From contig OZ365113.1 of NCBI GenBank assembly GCA_977030845.1, positions 13,392,001 through 13,456,000 of the forward strand: a stretch of DNA of 64,000 bases, given 5' to 3'. The notes under the pieces are model-generated. The model was not told the DNA's origin. It was given only the letters and a program-made list of their open reading frames with translations, and searched no databases. This DNA is from Fimbriosthenelais zetlandica (taxonomy: Eukaryota). Each line of letters begins with the position of its first letter. The first letter of the stretch is position 1. Shown here piece after piece: positions 12,665 to 22,985 of this stretch. The translations under genes and the position numbers were made by a program.

Positions 12665-15202
12665 CTAGGCCTCGGCTCTCACAACAACGACCACTAAGTG
12701 ATCCTCCTTACTTGAAGCATCAGCGTTCAACTTGGGGGCACATTTGAGGAGGAAGTCCAGACCAAACTGGCAGGGTGGGAAAGCATAGAGGACACCTGTG
12801 TTGTCATAGCCTTTACTGGGGTTAGGTGGCAAGGTAATGACACCAGCTGCTTCTTTCTGTTTCAGATACGACACAAGGTTCCTCAAAGGTCGCTGCTGGA
12901 TCTGGGCATTGGTGTTGGAGTCTTCCAAAGCTTGTGATGATCCCGGCCGGGCTAGAAGAACACTATGGCCAGATGGACCGCAAGTTTGAACCCGCCGGCC
13001 CACCTCCTCCAGCTTTGGTTGGTCAAGTCTCAATCTCTGGGATATTCGCAGGACTGGCATCTCAGTGGTAGTCGTGTCTCTCATTAAGGTGTCCACCAGA
13101 TTCACAGCACCGCTCACAAGGTGCATTCTAGCAGCAAAAGCACTGTTTTTTAACACAAGAGCTCCACTCCATACGACAGGCAGACATTTGGCAAGGTCTG
13201 ATATATTATCAACATGATCCACACTAGCCATCTGTGCTGATAACGTTCGATCATCACCTGGTCTAGTCCGATCCTTTTGATCATCCTCACCATCACCAGC
13301 TTCTTGATCTTGAGATGCTGTTCTGTTACCATTCCCCTCAGGGCTCCCCCCTGCACCTGGAGACATATGCCTCCGACGTTTACTCTGTGGGGAGAATTCT
13401 TTAAAACTGTTTCCATGTCTATTATTCCTGTCTTGTGGAGGCACATACTGCTCACCTCGGTCCATACCAGCAGGCCCACCACGGCCCCTCCCACCTTGAA
13501 AGTTTCTATTTCCCCCATATCCACGGCTTCGTCCACGTCTGTCGAATCCATTGTTCTCAGTTTCATCAGGACGAAACTTATCAAATTCCATGTCTCTAGG
13601 ATTATCGGGATTCCTGTAATTATCCATCCTCTCATTCCCTTCCCAAGCATCTTTTCTATTGCCTCGATTTCTTCTGTTTTGTTCATGCCAGTTGTTATCA
13701 TTATGGAAACCACCACGATCATTTCTGTCCATACCACCATCTCTACCACCCTGGGTTAATCCTGGACCCCCAGCAAAGCCATCAGTTCTTTCCTCGGGAA
13801 ACGCGGGGGCCCTTGGTGATCCACCCTCAGCTATTTGATCCATATGGAGGGGGTCGGCAAAATCCACCCTCAAACGTCTGTCAGAACCACCAATATTAAA
13901 ACCACGCATTTCTTGACAGGCAGCTTGTGCAGCATCAATACTGTCATACAGAACATATGCATAATTTTTTCCTTGGGGCCAGGTAATTCTGTGGATGGCC
14001 CCAAATCGATCAAACTCTCTTTCTAGGGTCTCTGTTCGAATCCAGGGTCCAACACCACCAACCCACAGGCAAGTGGATGGACTCACCTTACCATAACCAA
14101 TTTTACACTGGAATTTTCCAATATATTCACCAGACATTGCCACCTTTGCTCTGTGAGCCATATCGAGGTTAATAAACTTGACAAATGCATAAGCATTGCC
14201 TTGACCTTTACCAGGTCTTTTTATGTCTATGTCTTCAACTGTTCCATACTCTTCAAATATTCCTTTCAGGTCACTATCACTAATGGCATGATCAAGATTG
14301 CCCACAAACAACGTTCTGGTAGCTTTATCATCGTCCTCAGGTAAAATATGCTGGAGATGATGAGGGAAGTTATGTCTACCAGTTCCCTGACTTCCTCGAT
14401 GTTCGAAGTTGGCAGCAAATTCTCCAGACTGATTATTACGCTCTCTATTAGCTGGAACCATTTCATTCCCCATGTTTCCTTGGCGCATTCCCCGTCTCCC
14501 ACCCGGAATGGGGGGAGATGCACTTCTGTTTGAGAAACTATCACGAGCAACTCCAAAATCAGGAGACTGAGGAGTAGCACTGCGTTGTCGCTGCTTGTTG
14601 TACACTACATCAACACGTATTGGCCTGTCAAACATGACCAATTTATTTTGTCTTGCATGCTTTGCATCCCGTGCGTCCTCTGCGTATCTAAAATTTAGGT
14701 ACACTGACCGGTTATCGCCATTATGGTTTATTCTCATGCTAAACTCACCAAATTTTTTGAACTCTTTCAACACTAAATCCCTGACAACATTATCAGACAC
14801 CATAGGGTTCACATTGGTCAGTACCAGGCTCTTGTACTCGGGTCCTTGCCCTTGATTGAAGTTAGTTATGCGCTCCTGACCTCTGGACATATGTCCAATA
14901 TAGGGTTCATTTATCATACCTCTGTCCTCTCGGTGGCGTTTAGGCATCCGATCAGGTTCCATATCATAATCTCTTTCTCGCTCGCGAATACTGTCCCTCT
15001 CCCCTCTGTCACTCCGATCACTCCGGTGACTTTTTGGCTCACGATTCATGAGTTTACCACCCCTACCTTCACGTCTGTCCACCTCTGGTGTGAGTCTATC
15101 ACGTCCATTATCTTCGTGTCCTATATAATTTGCACGGCCACGTTTCCCTTTAGGTGGAGAATCACGATCTTGTTGCCTTTTCATGGCTGTCCGTTGAAGC
15201 AT
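12665..15202 (-). CDS. RBM15: RNA-binding protein 15 / spenito (3 RRM + SPOC; m6A writer complex adaptor)
   Basis: Single long ORF with three RRMs (e.g. ATRTLFVGNL, STCLWVGGVG) and a C-terminal SPOC domain (WSGALVLKNS...LRISQRLRL...LRNLVSYLKQKEAAGVI...HLVVVVV). Start is ATG 15202 or the better-Kozak ATG 15184; the track's 15316 start is a TTG. Confidence 0.95.
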   Translation of the reverse strand: MLQRTAMKRQQDRDSPPKGKRGRANYIGHEDNGRDRLTPEVDRREGRGGKLMNREPKSHRSDRSDRGERDSIRERERDYDMEPDRMPKRHREDRGMINEPYIGHMSRGQERITNFNQGQGPEYKSLVLTNVNPMVSDNVVRDLVLKEFKKFGEFSMRINHNGDNRSVYLNFRYAEDARDAKHARQNKLVMFDRPIRVDVVYNKQRQRSATPQSPDFGVARDSFSNRSASPPIPGGRRGMRQGNMGNEMVPANRERNNQSGEFAANFEHRGSQGTGRHNFPHHLQHILPEDDDKATRTLFVGNLDHAISDSDLKGIFEEYGTVEDIDIKRPGKGQGNAYAFVKFINLDMAHRAKVAMSGEYIGKFQCKIGYGKVSPSTCLWVGGVGPWIRTETLEREFDRFGAIHRITWPQGKNYAYVLYDSIDAAQAACQEMRGFNIGGSDRRLRVDFADPLHMDQIAEGGSPRAPAFPEERTDGFAGGPGLTQGGRDGGMDRNDRGGFHNDNNWHEQNRRNRGNRKDAWEGNERMDNYRNPDNPRDMEFDKFRPDETENNGFDRRGRSRGYGGNRNFQGGRGRGGPAGMDRGEQYVPPQDRNNRHGNSFKEFSPQSKRRRHMSPGAGGSPEGNGNRTASQDQEAGDGEDDQKDRTRPGDDRTLSAQMASVDHVDNISDLAKCLPVVWSGALVLKNSAFAARMHLVSGAVNLVDTLMRDTTTTEMPVLRISQRLRLDQPKLEEVGRRVQTCGPSGHSVLLARPGSSQALEDSNTNAQIQQRPLRNLVSYLKQKEAAGVITLPPNPSKGYDNTGVLYAFPPCQFGLDFLLKCAPKLNADASSKEDHLVVVVVRAEA

Positions 15203-15329
15203 TTCCCTAAAGCATCCACTGTTAACCAAGATTTCAGGTATGGTCCGCCATCTTAGATCGACACACGCCACATTTGGGCCGCTAGCAGTAGATTCATCCG
15301 CAAACCACTCCCACAACCAGGAGCTTTTA

Positions 15330-15787
15330 AGCTATACCAATCGAGGGAACTGATCGCAATATATATTAATTACTAAAGTATCATGAAAAACTTCGAAAAA
15401 TTACTTTATATAATATATCTTTGAGATGATCATATCGTTTTTATGGAACTATTTTCTCTACAAAATCGCGTCGCGTAGTCACAGACGTTTGGTCTTTAGA
15501 GATGTCTAGGTTGGAGATGTAAAAACATACAATCTATCATCGATTTTGCTAAATATCCACACCAAATTTTAATAAATCATTTAAGTACGCATGGTTTCCC
15601 AAGTCAGTGATGTTGTTTCTCTAGAATAACACAAAGTATCTCTTCCTGACCGGGTAGTGCTTGGGTTCCGACCTAAATTAAGCACACTGCACAAGATTTG
15701 ATGACGTAGTTCGTAAAGTCAACAACTTCCGCACCGAATCTACCTGTCTGCGCATCTTTCGTCTAAGGAAAAAGATTGTTTTAACCG
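15330..15787. promoter_or_regulatory. Divergent promoter region RBM15/BCAP31 and putative BCAP31 non-coding exon 1
   Basis: Head-to-head arrangement. Plus-strand donor CCG|GTAAGA at 15788, with an acceptor at 16964 before the ATG exon. Confidence 0.5.
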
Positions 15788-16201
15788 GTAAGATCCTTGA
15801 ATTTATTTATTTTCTGCTGTTGACAAAGTCAATGGGATTTCATAGTATAAAGATTGTCAGTTACAAAGCATATTATGTAAAATTGCCTTCACCCAGGCAT
15901 CTAGTGTGCTGTGAGAAAGCTGTCCCTCCCGAGTTTGCTCATTCATGTTCAGGCAGGGGACCCTCCCTTCTGAATGTCAGTTTAGACGATAATATGACTA
16001 TGAGGGTAAGTGAGTGACGTAATCCTTGACTTAAATGGTTATTGAGCCTACATGTATTCCTATTTAGTAAAGTGGTGACGTACATAATAACGTTGAATAT
16101 ATCTTGAATGATGTCATTGATTATTATGCTTCTATTTCAACACTGAACCAGTGAATGTTGAACTTGATTTAGGTGTACGTGTATTAAGTTAACCCTTGGC
16201 C

Positions 16202-16240
16202 TGACGTGGCCCTCCTAACCTGGATCCTAGTGCTGACTCA
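16202..16240 (+). promoter_or_regulatory. UPRE-like (TGACGTGG) and AP-1 (TGACTCA) motifs in putative BCAP31 intron 1
   Basis: Exact motif matches at 16202-16209 and 16234-16240. Confidence 0.35.
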
Positions 16241-17001
16241 CACTCACACTGGTTGCATTCGCAAACCTCTGTAAACTTTATGGTCTAAAGCCTGGGTGTT
16301 TCTACCGGATAACTCCCATCCTAACTTTACCACTTGATTTCCTAACGCCTTCGGTGGAAATCCAAGGGGCTCCCTCATTTGTCAGTATAGAAATATTAGA
16401 TCATAACAGGGTCACATCTTTCTATATATAGGCATCGACAGGCGTTCCAAGACTATTCACTGTGTAGACAGAGAATGGTATAGGCGGAGGTTATATTGTT
16501 GAATTTAGAAGAGTTGATCAGGAGTAGGCCTACCAATTAGCCTACTTACAGGCCTACATTTCGTATCTAAAGGGACTATTGAACTCATCATTTTTCCACT
16601 CCTATGTGAGTGTATGACCGTGATCTATTTTATTCTTCAACGATTCAGGTAAATCTAATCAGGTAATTTACTGGAGCAGATCTGGCAATTCATAATCCAT
16701 TTAGGCTACATTCATTCTCAAACGTACTTACAATTCCTTGTCAATCCACTTTTAATACTAGGCCTATAATTGTCAGAACCTGTATTATGACGGAGCATTA
16801 GTCATAAATATTATATATTATAGCCTACCTACTTATATGTGTAGATAAATGTTAGTTTTCGTTATCTACCATACCTGATTACTATGTGATGAAATGTGGC
16901 GGGTGAAATAACGTTTCAGTTTAATACTTATTAAATTTATACATGTGTGATGTTCTTCTTCCAGTTTCCCTTTCAACGGCTGAGAGCCTAAAACAGCCAG
17001 A

Positions 17002-17872
17002 ATGAGTCTCCAGTGGACGTTTATCGCTACCTTCCTTTACACGGAGATCTTCCTTACAGTTCTGCTTCTAGTACCCTTCATCTCTGCCTATAGGTAGGTC
17101 AGAAGTTGATCTCTTTCCATAGTACTGAAAGTTCTCCTTAAACTCTATATCTGCTCTCGTACGGTATGTGAAGTGGAAAAAATCCATTGCCCTCCTTGTA
17201 ACCTTCCACTCTACTACTAAATAAACTTTTTCCAGCCAGACGTACCGGGTATTTTCAAAATAGAAGTACCTCATTACTCCAGTCTATTTGTACAGAGAGA
17301 AAGGAACTCTTGTTTACACACTCAATGGCATACCACCAAATCTTTCTGCTCCAATAAATTTATTACTTTTGAAATGGTACGTTTGGAATGTTCCAGCAAA
17401 AACGATGATTCGGATGTATTGCCATAACAGTATTGCAATGAAAGTTGATGCTCAGTGATGAAACAATGACTATTATTTTTTAGATGGAGTCGAATTTTCA
17501 AGTCCAGACTACTGAACAGTTTCCGGACACATGCTAACATATATTTCAACATATTCATAGTCGTGTTAATAATTCTTTTCTTTGGTGAGTATTAATCATT
17601 ATCCTATTGTTATGCTTATGTTAATGATATGAAAATCAGTTCATAGCAATATCAAGATAAGTGTCCGAGTAACATTGGCTACAATTGTTTTATGAATACA
17701 ATTTTCCACTATTTAAACCAAAACCTAAATATACATGATACCGGACTTTGAAATGAGATTGTCTTCCTTATTTGCATTTAATTTAACAAATCTTAATGCT
17801 ATTTTATGTCTAATTCTTTTTCTACCAAGGGCACTATGAAACTAAGTCTTATTCTATCTTTAGCAATAAATC

Positions 17873-17903
<31 letters not shown>

Positions 17904-20900
17904 TGGTAACATCCCAGGATTCCTGCTGAAGACCAGATTTCTAGATCAAGAATTATCTACTTGTTAACCCGGTGTATTATTTCAGTAGTATTATATATAG
18001 AAACCTACATATATTTTGTGCCTATTAATCACAAATTTCAGATGCTATTCGTGAAGTAAGAAAGTATTCGGGAGCTGACATTGTGGACATGAATACTAAT
18101 CCACAAGCTGAGACTTTAATTCACATGAAGTTGTTCAGGGCCCAGCGAAACTTCTATATCGCTGGCTTCGCTTTGTTCTTATTCTTGTGAGTAATACACA
18201 TAACCTTGTTATAGCCCTGTTGTGGTGCACTCAATGAATTCATGGGATTCTTTTAGGGGACAAAGTTTTTAAAAGCCATTGAGCAATTTCGATTTTACAC
18301 TAAAATCTAAGGGAAAATACTGCTGAAAATACTCTTGAAAATTGTGTTAACAAAACTGAAATCCTTTATAAAAAGCCCTCTGGAATTCACTACCCATGGA
18401 TTCATTAGGTGTATTCTCTGAGCTCTGTGGAGATACAGAGCCAGATATGTTTGTATAGTAATAGCTCAATAATGTATATATCTTTTGTGTGACACATTGA
18501 ATCAGATGCCATACGCGATACGATGAAATACACGAGGGAGCGTCAGGCTCAGTCTCAGACAGGAGCGGACTTCCATGGTCAGGTCCATAGCACCCTCACT
18601 GACATGAAGATGTTCCGATCACAGAGAAACTTGTACATCTCGGGTTTCGCTATGTTTCTCTGGATGTGAGTAGTGGGTGGAAAGCATCCCACGACCCTCC
18701 CATAACTAAAACTGGGTGACAGCATCAGCAGCTTGCTTCACAGAAAAAAAAACAATTGCTAGATAATACCAAGGATAATCACAACGTGGGGGCTTTTCAT
18801 TAATATCTCCATTTATAACCGTGCAAAAAGGGAGCAGCTAAAGGAATATAACACATCGAATCCCACCGTCAGACCGTTATCTATTTCATGGAAATTTTTA
18901 TTCGAACGAGCATGTCTGTACAAAATCTGGATTCTTAAGACCTAAATAACCTCTCTGGTTAAATACTGGCTTTAAGGAAGTGTCCAAATACATACCTCTA
19001 CATCCGACCTTTTGTTAATTACAGTATCTTTTGACAGTCCTTAGTATATAGATTAACCTCACACATAGCTGCAAAGGTCACAGTTCCCTCACAATTGCAC
19101 TGGCCTAATTGGTATTTTCTAAAGTGCTAGTTTATGGATGGCGTCTCCGCCTGTTCCATCCTTACTAATTAAACTTCACTTTTGTTAAAGTAGATAAGAG
19201 TATCCCTAGTTCACGTTTCCTGTAGATATCAAGCTGCCGATCTAAACCTGTTTGTACTGACGGAAGCATGCCAGCCCTAACACCCCTGGCACATTACTGT
19301 TTGGAGTTAATTTTTAATTTCCCATTGCTCTGTTACTTTGAATTGTGTGTTGAGAATGAGTCTCTTGTTGAGTCCTTCCTTTTCGAACCATACCCCTCAA
19401 CCATTAGAACACCAACCCAATTTTTCTAAAACAAGCTCTCATTTATGTGTTGATGCACTTTAACATACCGATAACTATGAAATATATTAGGGCCATGGGG
19501 AACAAAATAATATAGACATCCACTTTATAATATATATAGTGATTTCGATGCATCATTGATTGAATAGGAACAGGCCTGTGAGTGGTTCCTTAACACCTAT
19601 TGATCTGTCACTTCCCTACTACCGTAGACATTTTTGCAAATTGTTTTGTAGCATAGTATTTTACACGTTAGATTTTGTAACGATGTATTACTTATTTTGA
19701 TTTTTTTATATCTATAACAGACATCCGTAAAACTTCATATAGCATTTTCATTTAGGTGTTGGTATTGACCATGACAATTTGAATAATCATAAATCATTTG
19801 AAGTTGCTTTCTTATAATATTGTGTTTTTCTTCGAATTTTCATTGCTCTAGGACTAAATTTATCATGTACTGATCTCTATGATCATTATACCCTACACAG
19901 GGTCCTGCGTCGCCTTGTGACACTCATCTGTGACAAAGCGCAGAACGAAGCACAAGTCGAAGCTTTAAAGAGACAGGCAGAAAGTGCCACTGCTACCGCC
20001 AAGAAATTGCTTGAAGACACTGAAAATAAGGTAAAGGTAAAGGCTTTCACCCCAACTACTATTTCTCTCATTATTTCCTTCCTTTTACCTGAATCCATTA
20101 AACTTGAAATCGTCATTTCAATATTTGATTGCTTGTTCTTATTACTTTCATTTGTTTTTTAACCCAAAAGTGATACATTTTCTATATTATATTGATAATT
20201 CTCTTTTAAAATCATATAGGCGAATGAGAAGGAAGAAAAGTCAGCTGTTGCTACTGAGCTTGAAAACACAAAGAAGGATCTTAAAAGATCTGAAGATGGT
20301 GAGTATAATTATTTTAGTTTTTTCAAAAGATAACACCCTTTGAGTGATGTGCTTATAGTTCGGTCAAAGGTGTGCTTATTTGCAATATAATTGTTAACTG
20401 CGATCTTGCAAACCAGCGCTAATGGTGTCGAGCATATTTTTTTTTTTTTTAATTTCAATATTGTCTCCAACAAGTTTTAAAATAAGGAACTGGCAAGATC
20501 TCTATGGCATATAATACCAGAAATCCTAACTAATGAACAAACATTGTGATCCGGTGTTAATGTTGTGTAAACACTTGTGCAATCACACCCTGGACAGACA
20601 AGAGCTGGTGTGAACTGTTGTATAAAATGATAGGCTCATACGTACATGTATTAATCTTTGTATTTCAGAAGTGAAAAAGACCAAAAAGGACCTAGAAGCC
20701 ATGAAGAAACAGGCCGAGGCGACCAACACAGAGTACGACCGCCTGGCTGAAGAGAACAGATCCCTACAGGTAAATCTAATATTTTATAATTATGTTAAAA
20801 TTCTCATAATATTCTAAAACTACTGTCTGTACAAATTAGGTTGATCGACTTAGTTTGGACAGACTATAGAATCTTTCACTTCCTATTCTATTGCATGTAT

Positions 20901-21000
20901 CAAACATCACATTCCATATTTTAACAATAAGATGCACTCTTCTCTTCAGAATAAGCTCCAAAAGGCGGAGGGTGAGAGCGGAACTAAAAAGGAGAATTAA
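17002..21000 (+). CDS. BCAP31: B-cell receptor-associated protein 31/29 (BAP31), ER membrane protein (232/237 aa)
   Basis: Exons 17002-17093, 17484-17584, [18042-18186 or 18506-18665], 19901-20030, 20220-20298, 20669-20769, 20950-21000. MSLQWTFIATFLY..., MKLFRAQRNFYIAGF, coiled coil, C-terminal KKxx (KKEN). Co-ortholog of BCAP29/31. Confidence 0.95.
17873..17904. repeat. (TTAT)8 microsatellite
   Basis: Perfect tetranucleotide run in a BCAP31 intron. Confidence 0.95.
18042..18186 (+). CDS. BCAP31: BCAP31 alternative exon 3a
   Basis: AG/GT bounded, 145 nt, phase 1 to 2: DAIREVRKYSGADIVDMNTNPQAETLIHMKLFRAQRNFYIAGFALFLF. Confidence 0.9.
18506..18665 (+). CDS. BCAP31: BCAP31 alternative exon 3b (paralogous duplicate)
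   Basis: AG/GTGAGT bounded, 160 nt, phase 1 to 2: DAIRDTMKYTRERQAQSQTGADFHGQVHSTLTDMKMFRSQRNLYISGFAMFLW. Confidence 0.88.
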
Positions 21001-22985
21001 ATACTGCATCCAGGGTAGTGTTTCCATGTTTACTGTTCAGATACCACAGTGGACAGTTTCTGAGCTTCAATGCTGCGACTTAAAGACTACATGGAAACAT
21101 TTATTTCAACTCCTAGTGATCCGGACAGTGATGTCATTAGAAGGAGAGACTGGTGATCACTGAATCCGTATCCTGCTAATAAACGCTTGTGACGCAACAG
21201 AAGCATTGTCAGGTGCCTGCTTGAAAATAATTATGAATGACATTAATTATAGGAACGCTGTGCTCTCAAAATATTTGTTAGTACCGGTATGTGCATTTTA
21301 CTATTCTCATTGTGTTACTGAAAAAGAAATTCACGATCAAGGATTCTTGTTTTACAAGACATCCATATTTTGTACCTCCTGGTTCATTTATTGATATGAT
21401 ACTCAAATTAAAATATAGGAGGGAATGCTACAGAGAAGTACTTAATAGAGGTTTTTGAAATTTAATATTTGCATCCATTAATGACGAGAGTGAAAGATTA
21501 ATTTAAAGGATATCTACCGAAAAATCAATTGACTGACTGGCACTTTAGGCGGTACTAACTACAAACTTGTGAACCTTGTTTATCATTCATTACTGAACCA
21601 TAGATTTTCTCCCAGTTCCATTTTGGTTGTATATTGCACCCCTGCATGTGTATCATGTGTTTTTACTTGGAAAAAGTAGTGATGAATTAGTCTCAAAATA
21701 TTACACCTTTGTTCATGTTGTATGCCACTTCTTCTGACCTCTATGTATATAAAAGTTCATCTTAATATATGATAATTCTCCATGATATACTATTACAAAA
21801 ACATTGAGTAGTGATGGGTTTTATAATATTTTAAAAGTATCAAGTTGTGAATGATTGATATGAATATTTTCAATAATGTGTACCAATATTCTGTTCGAGT
21901 TCAATTTCTATGTAATCGGACAAAAAAATAAAACCAAGGAGGAAGCAATTGACTTAATTTTGATCATATATCAACATAAAATTTTCTAAACCAGGCAAGA
22001 CATCATAGTCGAAATATTATCTTAATATTATCTTAACAAAAATGAAATGGAAGGAAACTGACAAGGCCAAATAACGAATATTACAACTTGGGTAATATTT
22101 CTTGCAGGTTTATTGTACACAAACCTTTGGCGGTTTGTTATTATCACACGTTCTATACAGTAAGTGTAAAATCCAGTGTCTCTATAAATACTCTCTTCCC
22201 AGAGATTATACTCCCGCTTAACAAGTTATATACCACAGGACACGAATCCGTTCCCCACAAAAAGTGATATGGATACATAAAATATTTCATTTAATTATGA
22301 ATAGTATACATTTACATGTAACAAAATATTCCCTTTGGATTTGTGTGGACAACAATATTTTAAAGGTTGAGTGGTTTCAGTTCACATTAATGCCCGTGAA
22401 TTGAAATAAATAAATAAATGGGGGCCATATTACAAATACAAATTATTTGTAATTATTATATGCATGCTTTTAAGTCCAAAGAAAAAATAACAAGTCGATG
22501 ATTGAATAGATGTCAATGTAGTTACTTTTCAGAAAGAATACAAATTACTAGACACTTAAAAGATAAATACAAGGTATCCACTTTGAAGGACCGGATTAAC
22601 CGCATATTTTAATCTCGTGATTCGTGTTAATTTCGTGAATTTTCTACCTTTTTTGACATCCAAGGGCCTATAATTTTAGGAAGTATATATCTGCTTACGT
22701 CTCTGACATGGGAATTTAGAGAAAAATATACTCCCATTAAAGCAGTAAGAAATAATAAGATTTCCTTAGCATTGGATGTGAAATAATAGTCCAATTAATA
22801 AGGGTCGCACTAATTAAATAAAATGGCCAGGGACTCTCCACATACGATAGAATGTACAATGTTTTATTCTTTCCGAAATTAACCGAAAATATACATTCTA
22901 ATAAACAAAATATATATAAATACCGTTGGGGTCTGTGGCCTGGTCGAGGCAAAGTTGAGATGTTGTTGGGGTCATTATATGACTG

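Noticed and set aside
13150-15256. Several long ORFs overlapping RBM15 (13150-13749, 13277-13759, 14266-14580, 14846-15256)
   Set aside because: Alternative-frame or antisense shadows of a long biased CDS; no domains or splice support.
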